NCBI GenBank assembly: GCA_963662285.2
Contig: CAXXMV010000001.1
Coordinates: forward strand, 992,001 to 1,056,000
Length of the DNA stretch: 64,000 nt
Direction of reading: 5' to 3'
DNA from: a bacterium
GTDB lineage: Bacteria > Hinthialibacterota > Hinthialibacteria > Hinthialibacterales > Hinthialibacteraceae
The notes beneath the pieces are model-generated. The model had not been told where the DNA came from, did no database searches, and saw only the letters and a list, made by a program, of their open reading frames with translations. Shown one piece after another: positions 29,534 through 39,582 of the stretch. The translations under genes were made by a program, and so were the position numbers. The stretch's first letter is position 1. Each line of letters opens with the position of its first letter.

Positions 29534-29787
29534 TAGTAGACTCCTTTAGAAAGTGTTGTAGTTGATAGATTATCAAAAGATGTAAATTTTTGAAAACACC
29601 CTGATTTCAATACAAGTAAATTTTGTTATGTGTTATAACAAAAAATCACAGGCTATATCATCATGATAATCGCCAATATTTATTGGCGATAACGCCTGCT
29701 GCATAGACCAGTAGTGCACGATTGTGAAGATTCAGTGAATTGATCGAGATTTTTTATAAAGATAGAGGTACAGAATTAATAAAAAAT

Positions 29788-30162
29788 CTAGCAGGACAAT
29801 CCTAAAGGAGGAGCGCGGGGAGAAAAATTATTTGTTGCATCAAGTAAAAAGAAACAATCCCCGGGCGAGATAATGCTTTCTATTTCATAGAAAGCATCTA
29901 AAAAAGATGATTGAACTAACGAGGTTTTGGCATATTGATTAAACTGACAAATCAAACATTCATGATCATCTTCGGTAACATGCTCATAAACATGATCCTC
30001 TTGGCAAATCGATGCAATCTGTCCAGAGTCAACTGAATGCGCAAGACCATGCTGATGATGAAAAGGCGAATGCATGGAAGCAGACAGCACCGCAAAGATA
30101 TACAAAATCAATGCTATACGGTCAGACGATATAAGTTTTGATCTGCCAAAGGTTTTAATCAT
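29788..30162 (-). CDS. DUF2946-like (CruR/CutF-type) leader protein with C-terminal RAPP
   Basis: Hydrophobic N-terminus, HSPFHHQHGLAH, HECLICQF and PRAPP six residues before the stop. Confidence 0.78.
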   Translation of the reverse strand: MIKTFGRSKLISSDRIALILYIFAVLSASMHSPFHHQHGLAHSVDSGQIASICQEDHVYEHVTEDDHECLICQFNQYAKTSLVQSSFLDAFYEIESIISPGDCFFLLDATNNFSPRAPPLGLSC

Positions 30163-30195
30163 ATATAATTCACAAATTCATCACCTTTTTTAAAC

Positions 30196-30223
30196 ATCGT
30201 ATTTCTTTATCCAAAAATGTCAA
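30196..30223 (-). promoter_or_regulatory. Putative sigma70 promoter of the RAPP leader
   Basis: TTGACA-16 nt-TACGAT on the minus strand, about 35 bp upstream of the ATG. Confidence 0.5.
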
Positions 30224-30262
30224 GAAAAAAACGGAACTGAAAAGCCGGGGGATTCAGTTCCG
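30224..30262 (-). terminator. Intrinsic terminator downstream of glnA
   Basis: CGGAACTGAA/TTCAGTTCCG stem followed by T8 on the minus strand; a second hairpin GGCAGAACCTTG/CAAGGTTCTGCC lies at 30349-30376. Confidence 0.6.
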
Positions 30263-30403
30263 CATAAATAAATCGCAGATTATATTTATGATTTTTTTTA
30301 ATTCAAGTAAGGTCTAGTCAACAATTATCCTGACTGGAATAAGCGTGCGGCAGAACCTTGGAAACAAGGTTCTGCCAACTCGCGAATATTAAACATAGAT
30401 TAA

Positions 30404-31819
30404 TTAGCAATCGTAATACATGAAGAATTCATAAGGATGTGGACGAAGGCTAAGCGGCCCAATCTCTTCAGTGCGCTTGTACTCAATCCAGGTATCAATA
30501 ACATCCTTGGTAAATACATCGCCTTGCAGAAGGAAATCGTGATCGGCTTCCAAAGCATCCACGGCGCCAGCTAGTGAACCAGGAACCTGTGGTATTTTAG
30601 CCAGTTCTTCAGCAGGTAAGTCATAAAGGTTCTTATCGAGTGCATCGCCTGGATCAATCTTATTAAGGATTCCATCCATACCAGCCATAGCGATGGAGGC
30701 GAAGCAGAAGTGCGGATTACAGGATGGATCCGGGCAACGGAATTCAACCCGCTTGGCTTTGGGGCTTGGCGAATACATCGGGATACGAATGGCCGCGCTA
30801 CGGTTGCGCTGTGAATAAGCCAGGTTAACTGGAGCCTCGTAACCTGGAACCAGACGTTTATACGAGTTAGTGGTTGGCGCCGCGAAAGCGATCAGCGCGG
30901 GAGCGTGCTTCAAGATTCCACCAATGTAATGTAGAGCCATTTCAGAAAGACCGGCGAATTTGTCGCCTGCGAAAAGAGGCGTATCGCCTTTCCAAAGACT
31001 TGAGTGAACATGCATTCCAGAACCATTGTCTGCAAATAATGGTTTCGGCATAAAGGTTACAGTCTTGCCATATTTCTTAGCGACATTCTTGACAACATAC
31101 TTGTACATCATGACCTGGTCAGCCATGTGAACCAGTGGTCCGAATTTCATATCGATTTCGCACTGGCCGGCAGTAGCGACTTCGTGGTGATGGGCTTCAA
31201 TCTCAATGCCAATGCTCATCAACACATCTACCATCTCAGAACGGATATCCTGAAGCGCATCTACTGGAGCACAAGGAAAATAACCTTCTTTGTGACGCGG
31301 ACGATGTCCCAGGTTTCCGCCTTCTACATCGGCGTCTGAATTCCAGATGCCTTCTTCTGAATCGATCTCATACATACCGTAATGAGAAGTCTGGCCGAAA
31401 CGGACGCTATCAAAGATAAAGAATTCAGCTTCCGGGCCGAAATAAGCTGTATCAGCGATTCCAGTTGATTTAATATATTCAACGCATTTGGCTGCTACAT
31501 TACGTGGATCACGCGAATAAGGAACACGGGTAATAGGATCAATGATCGTACAGGTCAAAGAAAGCGTCGGTAAATCAGTGAAGGGATCAATAAAAGCAGT
31601 AGTAGGATCAGGCAGCATCAACATATCACTTTCATCGATTGCTTTCCATCCACGGATGCTTGATCCGTCAAAACCATAGCCATCTTCGAACGAATCTTCT
31701 TCCAGGCAATTAACCGGCACCGAAAAATGCTGCCAGGTTCCAAGAAAATCCTGAAACTTGAAATCGACGAACTTGATTGATTTTTCTTTGATTAGACCTA
31801 GGACTTCTTGAGGCGTCAT
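30404..31819 (-). CDS. glnA: Glutamine synthetase type I
   Basis: [31 protein letters not shown] and adenylylation site NLYDL; start moved to the ATG at 31819 (AGGAG RBS). Confidence 0.97.
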   Translation of the reverse strand: MTPQEVLGLIKEKSIKFVDFKFQDFLGTWQHFSVPVNCLEEDSFEDGYGFDGSSIRGWKAIDESDMLMLPDPTTAFIDPFTDLPTLSLTCTIIDPITRVPYSRDPRNVAAKCVEYIKSTGIADTAYFGPEAEFFIFDSVRFGQTSHYGMYEIDSEEGIWNSDADVEGGNLGHRPRHKEGYFPCAPVDALQDIRSEMVDVLMSIGIEIEAHHHEVATAGQCEIDMKFGPLVHMADQVMMYKYVVKNVAKKYGKTVTFMPKPLFADNGSGMHVHSSLWKGDTPLFAGDKFAGLSEMALHYIGGILKHAPALIAFAAPTTNSYKRLVPGYEAPVNLAYSQRNRSAAIRIPMYSPSPKAKRVEFRCPDPSCNPHFCFASIAMAGMDGILNKIDPGDALDKNLYDLPAEELAKIPQVPGSLAGAVDALEADHDFLLQGDVFTKDVIDTWIEYKRTEEIGPLSLRPHPYEFFMYYDC

Positions 31820-32171
31820 AATTAATACTCCTTCTAATTGAACGGATTTTTTTAACGGCTTACGCCGATATTCTTGCAAAAACAATTTATTGTTTTTGTG
31901 ACTTTTTATTAATAAAGATTATCACAGCGCTTCTTTACACAATGATCAAAGGTATCATTCTCTAGAGAACAATTATATTTGTCATCAGAGCGATTCTTCT
32001 AAAATCATGCGTTTTTTAATCAAGCATTTTCAATACGCATAATTTTTTTTGTTATCGCTCCAGTCATACAACAACCGGAACATATTAATTTTTGGTTTAG
32101 ATTAATCTTAAAACCCCGGCTAAGAGGCATATATTTCATCTGAAAATCATTAAATTATATTCTCTTATTAT

Positions 32172-32188
32172 AGCAGGACGCATGCCAA
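32172..32188 (-). promoter_or_regulatory. Putative sigma54 (-24/-12) promoter of glnA
   Basis: Minus strand TTGGCATGCGTCCTGCT with exact GG-N10-GC spacing. Confidence 0.65.
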
Positions 32189-32456
32189 TTTTGTTATATG
32201 TTCTTATCTCCTGTATTTACAGTCTATTATAACAAATATATCTTGAGTGAATATTTCAATTGATTTAAAATCAGCAACAATCAGATGCTGATTTATGAAC
32301 ACCAGTTCAAAGAAAGACATTTTAGAGTAGTTTTCATAATTAACTTTATTAGTTACCATAACTTTGAACTACTGCTTAACACATATAAGTATAACAGACA
32401 TAACGTGAACACACGTAACTGTGACAATCGTTCTAGATGCATAGCTGGAGAAATGA

Positions 32457-33818
32457 ATGACTCAAAAATCAAAAGCATCATCATCCAATAAAGGCGCCTC
32501 CATTGTAATCGTAGGTCGGCCTAATGTTGGGAAATCAACCTTATTCAATCGAATCATTCGCAGGCGGGACGCCATAGTGGATGATCAACCCGGCGTGACG
32601 CGTGATAGTAAATACCGCATAGCCGATTGGAATGGAAAATCGTTTTTCCTGGTTGATACCGGTGGTTTTTTCGGTCCGGATAGCGATCCATTTACCAAAG
32701 AAATCCAACAACAAATCGAATTTGCTTCGCGTGACGCCTTGCTTCTGTTGCTCGTCTTGGATGGCTCAGTAGGTCCAACTCCCGCTGATCATGAAGTCGT
32801 CGATCTATTGCGCCGTTTACATAAACCAATTTTAGCAGTAGTCAACAAAATCGATTCTCCTAAACGTGAAGAGGAAATGAGCGCTCCATTTTATGAATTA
32901 GGCCTGGATTCGCTCCATCCTATTTCCGCAACACAGGGAACCGGGGTGGGCGACCTGCTTGATGAAGTCGTTTCATATATTGCAGACGATGCGCCGGAAC
33001 CTCAACAACTACTGCAAATTCCAAGCATTGCTCTTCTCGGAAGACCCAATGTTGGTAAATCCACTCTCTTAAATGCGCTATGCGGATCAGGTCGCTCTAT
33101 TGTATCCCCTGTTCCAGGAACAACTCGCGACCCGGTAGATACAGAGATTGAAGTAAATGGTAAACATTATTTATTAGTTGATACAGCTGGCGTCCGACGT
33201 CGCGGCAAAACAGGCCAAGGCCTCGAACATTTTACTCTTGTAAGAAGTAAGGCCGCATTAAAACGCTGTGATCTAGCTTTTCTTATGATCGACGGTGAAG
33301 AAGGACTTACCGAAACCGACGCCAAAGTTTTTAGCCTTGCTAATGATTTGGGAAAAGCCGCTATCCTTCTAATGAACAAATGGGATGTTGTGGAGAAAGA
33401 TGAAAAAACTTCCGGCTTATATGTCAAAGCAATTCGCGAGAGAATTCCATTTCTCAAATATGCTCCAATAGAGTTCATCTCCGCCCTGACCCACCAACGA
33501 ATTCATAAAATTTTCCCCCATGTGGAAAAGGTGCTCGAAAACTATAATCACCGCGTCCCCACCGCCGAACTGAACGAACTGTTGTATGGAATCCTCCAAC
33601 ATCATCCACCTCCCGTTCATAAAGGGCGGTCGCCTAGTATATATTATTGGACGCAGGTTTCTGTTGCGCCACCTACATTCGTTGTTTTCACCAACGATAC
33701 CGAAGCGATTCATTTTTCTTATGAACGCTATCTGGTCAATCAGCTTTACGAAAATTTCGATTTTGAAGGAACGCCTATCCGTTTGATCTGGAAGAAAAAG
33801 GGAGCTAGACGAGTCTAA
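32457..33818 (+). CDS. der: Ribosome biogenesis GTPase Der/EngA
   Basis: Two GRPNVGKS GTPase domains and a KH-like C-terminus (FEGTPI). Confidence 0.97.
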   Translation: MTQKSKASSSNKGASIVIVGRPNVGKSTLFNRIIRRRDAIVDDQPGVTRDSKYRIADWNGKSFFLVDTGGFFGPDSDPFTKEIQQQIEFASRDALLLLLVLDGSVGPTPADHEVVDLLRRLHKPILAVVNKIDSPKREEEMSAPFYELGLDSLHPISATQGTGVGDLLDEVVSYIADDAPEPQQLLQIPSIALLGRPNVGKSTLLNALCGSGRSIVSPVPGTTRDPVDTEIEVNGKHYLLVDTAGVRRRGKTGQGLEHFTLVRSKAALKRCDLAFLMIDGEEGLTETDAKVFSLANDLGKAAILLMNKWDVVEKDEKTSGLYVKAIRERIPFLKYAPIEFISALTHQRIHKIFPHVEKVLENYNHRVPTAELNELLYGILQHHPPPVHKGRSPSIYYWTQVSVAPPTFVVFTNDTEAIHFSYERYLVNQLYENFDFEGTPIRLIWKKKGARRV

Positions 33819-34438
33819 TGTGGTGGTTCATCTCACTGGTTCTTGCATATTTACTCGGTTCGATCCCATCGGCTTACTACGCCGTCAAGTGGATCAAAGG
33901 CTCTGATCTGCGTGACTTAGGCAGCGGTAACCTCGGCTTCACTAATTGCGCTCGAGTTATTGGTTGGAAATGCAGCATCCCTATTCTTATTTTTGACATC
34001 CTCAAGGGAGTTGCTGCGGTATCAATCGCCCGCTGCCTGATCCCCGGACAGGAACTGTTAGCTGTTCTTTCCGGACTGGTCGCCATCTTAGGCCACAACT
34101 GGACCATCTTTCTGGGATTCCGCGGCGGTGGAAAAGGCGTGGCAACAACAGCTGGCGTCTTCGCCTCCTTGGCGCCTGTTCCATTCATCATAACTTCGGT
34201 TGTATTTCTAATAACAATAGCCGCCACGCGCTACATGTCATTAGGATCAATACTGCTTGGCATCACCCTCGCCGCATCCAGTTTAACTCTGATAATAATA
34301 CAACACCCGGCAGCCCCTTCATTAGAAGTACTTATTTTTTCTTTGATGGCTGCGGCGCTGATAATCATCCGGCATATTCCCAATATCCGCCGATTATGGC
34401 GGGGAGAAGAATCAAAAATAGGCGCCAAGAAAGACTAA
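33818..34438 (+). CDS. plsY: Glycerol-3-phosphate acyltransferase PlsY
   Basis: YLLGSIP, GSGNLGFTN, GHNW, GGKGVAT and RH.PNI.RL motifs. Confidence 0.95.
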   Translation: MWWFISLVLAYLLGSIPSAYYAVKWIKGSDLRDLGSGNLGFTNCARVIGWKCSIPILIFDILKGVAAVSIARCLIPGQELLAVLSGLVAILGHNWTIFLGFRGGGKGVATTAGVFASLAPVPFIITSVVFLITIAATRYMSLGSILLGITLAASSLTLIIIQHPAAPSLEVLIFSLMAAALIIIRHIPNIRRLWRGEESKIGAKKD

Positions 34439-34465
34439 TTTTTCGCGAAAAGGACAAGTAATTTA

Positions 34466-35206
34466 ATGGATATCATTCCTGCAATCGATCTGCGCGGCGG
34501 TCAGGTAGTACGTCTGCTGCGTGGCGAATATGACAAAGAAACTGTCTACCCCAAGCAACCAGCTGAAATGGCTCAACTTTGGCAACAAGGCGGAGCGAAC
34601 CTGATTCATATAGTTGATCTCGATGGAGCGCGCGATGGCGCCATGCAAAACGCTGACGCGGTTAAATCTATTACCCAAAGCGTATCTATCAAAACAGAGC
34701 TGGGCGGTGGATTGCGCGATATGGAATCAATCGAACGCCTGTTGACCGATCTAGGCGTCAGCCGCGCCATCCTGGGCAGCGTCTTATTGGAAAAACCCGA
34801 ATTAGCTACAGAAGCGGCGACCAAATTCCCCAATCAAATCGTTCTGGGCATCGACGCACGTAATGGAATGGTTGCAACCCGCGGATGGCGTGAAGACAGC
34901 GCAGTTAAAGCCACCGACTTGGTTAAGGAATTCTCTTCCCTGCCTATAGCGGAAGTTATCTATACCGACATCGCCCGCGACGGGACGCTGGAAGGTCCAA
35001 ACCTGGAAGCAACCGCCGAGATGGCTGAAGCCTCTCCCTTCCCCATAGTCGCGTCCGGCGGCATCGGCGACCTCTCCCATATTGAGGCGCTAGTTCAATG
35101 CGCCAAATCACTCAAAAAGGGAAGCATCACCAGCATCATTATCGGCAAGGCGCTCTACGAAAACAAATTCACCCTCGAAGAAGCCATAAGCATCGCCCGT
35201 TCATAA
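34466..35206 (+). CDS. hisA: ProFAR isomerase HisA
   Basis: IIPAIDL, HIVDLDGA, GGGLR, YTDIARDG and ASGGI motifs. Confidence 0.95.
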   Translation: MDIIPAIDLRGGQVVRLLRGEYDKETVYPKQPAEMAQLWQQGGANLIHIVDLDGARDGAMQNADAVKSITQSVSIKTELGGGLRDMESIERLLTDLGVSRAILGSVLLEKPELATEAATKFPNQIVLGIDARNGMVATRGWREDSAVKATDLVKEFSSLPIAEVIYTDIARDGTLEGPNLEATAEMAEASPFPIVASGGIGDLSHIEALVQCAKSLKKGSITSIIIGKALYENKFTLEEAISIARS

Positions 35207-35242
35207 AATACCCGAGGCATAGAATTTATGCTGCAAATTGCT

Positions 35243-36529
35243 TCATCCATTATGACTTCCTATCAAGCGTTTTTTCAGTCGAACGATTAAATTCAAGCGA
35301 ATCGTGATCAAGGTTGCCATTGATATAGTCGCACAGAGTATGATGAATCCATAAGGAAAAAAACTGAAATAGGGAATCAAGCCTATAATATCAAGTTCTT
35401 TAAGAACAACCTTAATCAAACCTTCCGTTATAACATCAATGCTTTTGGTAGGGAAAGCATTGACCATTACAACTATGCTAAGCTGATGTTCCGGGAAATA
35501 AACCATGTATACCGTTGATCCAATATTGGCGCCGCCATGTCCAATGGCTTCTTCACCGCAGGAGAACTCACGCTTAAATACTTGCACGCCTAATCCGTAG
35601 GCACTCATATTATAGATATGCTTAGTTTTAACAAATTGCAGCATTTCATCCATTGATTTTTGCTTCAAGACCTTTCCCCCAAATAAAGCATGACACCAAA
35701 GCGCTAAATCTTCAGCCGTCATAAAAAGGCCGCCCGAACCGTATATTATGCTATCATGAGATACTCTGGGTTGGAAAGTTACATCGGAAGTCTTATCTCC
35801 AAACATAAAATTATCGCCATATATATGAGCTTGATTATCCGGGATATCTTCATCGATGGAAAGGTAGGCATTTTTGATGCCTAAGGGCTTCCAGAAATAT
35901 TTGTGAAATTCAGTCGAAAGAGTTGAACCAGTTGCTTTCTTGATGATCATGGCCATCAACAAATAGTTTGTATTGGAATAGTGAAAACCACCCCCAGGCG
36001 CAAAATATGGTTCTTTGATATAATTCAGCACTTCTTCTGGAGTCCATAATTTCGTCATGTCTTTGAGCATATCATCCCAGATTTTCTGATTATCCAGGAA
36101 CTTATAAATTCCACTGGTATGACTCAGCAATTGACGTATCGTTACGATTCCATTGACATGGGGATAAGGTGGAAGCCATTTTGATAAGGGATCATCAAGC
36201 GAAAGCAATCCCTCTTCAGTAAGTTTTAAGGTAAGCGCGGCAACAAAATTCTTGGTTATGCTTCCTATGGCAAAAAGCATATCCGGCTTTATCGAAACAG
36301 TAGCATGGGAAATTCCACTCACGCCAGTCCAGATTTTTCGGTCAGGAAATATAACAGCTGCGGAAACGCCTATGGCATTGTGTTTCTTGAGTCCACTATC
36401 AAGAACTTGTTGCATGTGTTCTTCCAGAGATTCTTGATCCCCACAAGAAAATATGGGAAATAAAAATTGAGTAGAGATAAATAAAGTAAGAGATAAATAG
36501 AACATGAATGTTTTCATGTTTTTATACAC
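35243..36529 (-). CDS. Serine hydrolase (beta-lactamase class C/D-peptidase family) with C-terminal TM
   Basis: SITK, YSN and GHGG motifs, LLSHTSG, signal peptide, hydrophobic C-terminal anchor. Confidence 0.88.
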   Translation of the reverse strand: MYKNMKTFMFYLSLTLFISTQFLFPIFSCGDQESLEEHMQQVLDSGLKKHNAIGVSAAVIFPDRKIWTGVSGISHATVSIKPDMLFAIGSITKNFVAALTLKLTEEGLLSLDDPLSKWLPPYPHVNGIVTIRQLLSHTSGIYKFLDNQKIWDDMLKDMTKLWTPEEVLNYIKEPYFAPGGGFHYSNTNYLLMAMIIKKATGSTLSTEFHKYFWKPLGIKNAYLSIDEDIPDNQAHIYGDNFMFGDKTSDVTFQPRVSHDSIIYGSGGLFMTAEDLALWCHALFGGKVLKQKSMDEMLQFVKTKHIYNMSAYGLGVQVFKREFSCGEEAIGHGGANIGSTVYMVYFPEHQLSIVVMVNAFPTKSIDVITEGLIKVVLKELDIIGLIPYFSFFPYGFIILCATISMATLITIRLNLIVRLKKRLIGSHNG

Positions 36530-36683
36530 CTTTCTTTATGCATATAAAATCAATCCACCATGATCTTATAACTATTCTCCCACGACATCGCTTCAGCGGA
36601 CTCAAGATAAATTGCAATAAATGCTTCCGGGCAAACAGTCAGAGGCGTGTAGCAAAGACATTAAACTGCACCGGTGCATAATT

Positions 36684-38291
36684 TCACTCTTGAGGAAAAT
36701 TCTCGGCTAATTTCACCTGGTTTCGCCCTTCATTCTTGGCAATATATAGCGCCCGATCAGCCGCTTGAATCAGTTCTTCCGGTTGGATATCCCGGTTTGG
36801 AATAATACCGGCAAGGCCGATGCTGAGCGTGACAACATTGCTGCATTCTGACTTAATATGCTCTAATGCCAGGGTTTCTATTTTTTCTCTCATAGAATCG
36901 ACTATAGCGAGCGCATTCTCTGGAGTCGTACCGACCATCAAGATGACAAACTCTTCTCCGCCATACCGCGCAACCAAATCGCCGGGACGTTTCAACTTTT
37001 CATTGAGCGCATGCGCCACTATTCGAAGACACTTATCCCCTTCCTGATGACCATAGGAATCGTTGTATTTCTTGAAAAAGTCAATGTCGCACATCGCTAA
37101 CGAAAGTGATATTGAATTACGAATCGCCCGCCTCCATTCTTCATTATAATGCTCATCGAAATAGCGTCGATTGAAAATTTGGGTTAATCCATCAATGGTT
37201 GAGATCTGCTTGAAATAATCAGATTTTTCCTGTAGTTGACCCTGGGTTTCTTCCAGACGCCCGATCATCTGGTCGAATTTATTAGCCAACACGCCAATCT
37301 CATCGCCACGTTTTATTGATATCCTATTTGTTAAGTTCCCGCTTTCATAGATACTGGAAACATATCTGGTTAATTTTATAATAGGGCCAACTATATATGC
37401 TTGCAGAGAACTAATCATCACTAACAGAATTAACAAACCTAATAAAAGAACAGATATCAAAGCAGAATCCAAAGCGGCATAGCCGATATTCGCTACATGC
37501 CTGGGTATGGTTGCCCGTAATAAAAGCGCGGGGTTTCCTTCTAAATCAGGATAAGTTGTGTATACCCATAATATTTCATTGCTTTGTTCATGAAAATAAT
37601 ATGGATTCTCTTTTGTAATTTGATCCAGTACATATCTTTCATTGGCTGGAATTGAATCATTATTAACCGGTCTAATTTTGATCGGCGTAAGTATCTGGTC
37701 TTCAATTTTTTTTACAAAGATATCATTTACAAAAACCCCCAAAATCATATAACCGCTAATTGAGCCGGTAATTTCAGAATTAAATATCGGACAGGAAACA
37801 ACCAATAAGGGATATTTTTCAGTCAAGAATACGCCGGAAGTAACACTTTGATATGATTGGTGAAATTGAAAAGGATTACCTGAAGGTAATCTATTCCGTG
37901 GAAAATCTTTGAGAAAGATTTCTTCATAATTAACATAATCATAGATTCTTCCATACTGTACCTCATTTTTAATATTAACAATATATAACAGATTTACCTT
38001 ATCGTTTGCAAAAGACTCGTCCTTTAAATATTTCCCGATATATTCATCAAGATTACCAGAAACAAATTCCGCAGTTTCACTCCATGAAGACCATTCTATA
38101 TCTGTTAAACTCAGGTAATTGATTACCCGCTTAATGGCTGCTTGACAACGTTCCATATCCTTTATAGATTCATTCCGTTCCAAAACATGAAAACTTGGAG
38201 ATAAAATAAAGAAATGAACGCCGTAATGCAAAATCATATTCAATACAATGATGAGCGAAAAGACTAATATGCTTTTGTATTTAAGAGACAT
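36684..38291 (-). CDS. Membrane diguanylate cyclase (CHASE4-like, HAMP, GGDEF)
   Basis: Two TM helices around a sensor domain, HAMP (DEIGVLA), RPGD I-site and GGEEF active site. Confidence 0.9.
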   Translation of the reverse strand: MSLKYKSILVFSLIIVLNMILHYGVHFFILSPSFHVLERNESIKDMERCQAAIKRVINYLSLTDIEWSSWSETAEFVSGNLDEYIGKYLKDESFANDKVNLLYIVNIKNEVQYGRIYDYVNYEEIFLKDFPRNRLPSGNPFQFHQSYQSVTSGVFLTEKYPLLVVSCPIFNSEITGSISGYMILGVFVNDIFVKKIEDQILTPIKIRPVNNDSIPANERYVLDQITKENPYYFHEQSNEILWVYTTYPDLEGNPALLLRATIPRHVANIGYAALDSALISVLLLGLLILLVMISSLQAYIVGPIIKLTRYVSSIYESGNLTNRISIKRGDEIGVLANKFDQMIGRLEETQGQLQEKSDYFKQISTIDGLTQIFNRRYFDEHYNEEWRRAIRNSISLSLAMCDIDFFKKYNDSYGHQEGDKCLRIVAHALNEKLKRPGDLVARYGGEEFVILMVGTTPENALAIVDSMREKIETLALEHIKSECSNVVTLSIGLAGIIPNRDIQPEELIQAADRALYIAKNEGRNQVKLAENFPQE

Positions 38292-38453
38292 GATAATTTA
38301 TATTCCTATCGAACTCATTGAATAAAATAGTGCGCTATCTAGTAAGTTTATTTCTTAAACTGCGCTTAGTAACAGAAATTTTATTAAACACAAAAAGGTT
38401 CTATAGTAAATATGTTTTGTAACCAGGCGCCTCTAATCATAATGGTTTTTGAG

Positions 38454-38895
38454 CCTATCAAGCGTTGTATTTACGTCTAAGCCGAACTATTAGATTTACA
38501 CGACGCTTGATTAAGGATGTCATTATTGCGGTAACACCGATGATAATCAATCCATAAGGGAAAAAACCGAAATAGGGAATCAGGCCTATAACATCAAGTT
38601 CTTTTTCGAGACGGACTTGGTTTTGACGAATTGCTGCATCTGATCCATTGATTGTGTTGTAGAACTTTTACTTCAAAGAGAGCATGACGCCAACGGGCTA
38701 AATCTTTAGCCATCATAAAGAGGCCGCCCGAAATGAAAACCCTGTCCAGGCTCAAAATAAGGTTGCTTGATGTAGTTCAAAGCTTCTTAAGGAGTCCATA
38801 CTTTGGTCATGTCTTTTAGCATGTCATCCCAGATTTTTTGGTCGGGAAATATTATTGCGGTTGAGACGCCTCTGGCATTGTGTTTTAAGTTCATC
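38454..38895 (-). pseudogene. Internally deleted remnant of a paralog of the 35243..36529 serine hydrolase
   Basis: Four collinear blocks match about 35258-35400, 35620-35738, 35981-36088 and 36341-36390; no intact ORF. Confidence 0.85.
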
Positions 38896-38954
38896 ACCAA
38901 CATATGATTTAAAGATATAAACAAAACACCTACCCGTCAAGCATAAAGGCGGAA

Positions 38955-39505
38955 CTAAACCACCCTCGACTGAAGGTCTAGGGGTTCGGTTTGCGAATAA
39001 ATTCGCCTTAAGTCTTGCTTATTCTAAAGTCATCATCTCTTTCTTGGTCTTGGTTCTCTATGTACATCTTTATTACCTCATCCGTCACATTTCCGCTACT
39101 TACCGCAAAATATCCTCTCGCCCATAAGTGACGTCCCCAAAACGTTTTATTCAATCCCTTATATTCCTTTAACAGCTTTCTTGATGAGGCTCCTTTTATA
39201 TATTTCATCATCTTGCTGACCGATAGATGAGGAGGCATCGATACCAACAGGTGTACACGATCCTTCGCCACATGTCCTTTGAGTATTTCTACATCATTCC
39301 TTTTGCATATCTCACGGATATTTTTTCGAACACTTAACGCTATTTCTCCCGTGAGTACTTTTTTTCTATATTTCGTAACCCATACTACATGGACATGTAG
39401 GCTATATTTGCTATGAGATGATGTTCTATAATCGTTCATTCCTTTAGTTTATCAAACTAAAGTCTTCGCCTGAAGGCGAGGGTTTTTCTCCCAGAAAGTG
39501 ACAAT
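38955..39505 (-). mobile_element. IS200-type insertion sequence (tnpA only); ends approximate
   Basis: Subterminal hairpins CCCTCGAC-TGAAG-GTCTAGGG (~38962-38983) and CTTCGCC-TGAA-GGCGAGG (~39464-39481) flank a Y1 transposase; no tnpB. Confidence 0.8.
39008..39439 (-). CDS. tnpA: IS200/IS605 family Y1 transposase
   Basis: HVVWVTKYR, KGASS, LWARGYF and YIENQ motifs; the HUH motif reads DRVH instead of DHVH. Confidence 0.93.
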   Translation of the reverse strand: MNDYRTSSHSKYSLHVHVVWVTKYRKKVLTGEIALSVRKNIREICKRNDVEILKGHVAKDRVHLLVSMPPHLSVSKMMKYIKGASSRKLLKEYKGLNKTFWGRHLWARGYFAVSSGNVTDEVIKMYIENQDQERDDDFRISKT

Positions 39506-39582
39506 TACAGGAGGTTATTTTTGCACACACATAAAATACACAAAAATGGGTATAAGAACCAGAGTATAAACTTTTGACAAGG

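Noticed and set aside
38454-38895. DGR template repeat for the serine hydrolase
   Set aside because: Differences are not adenine-specific, look mostly synonymous, and no reverse transcriptase is present.
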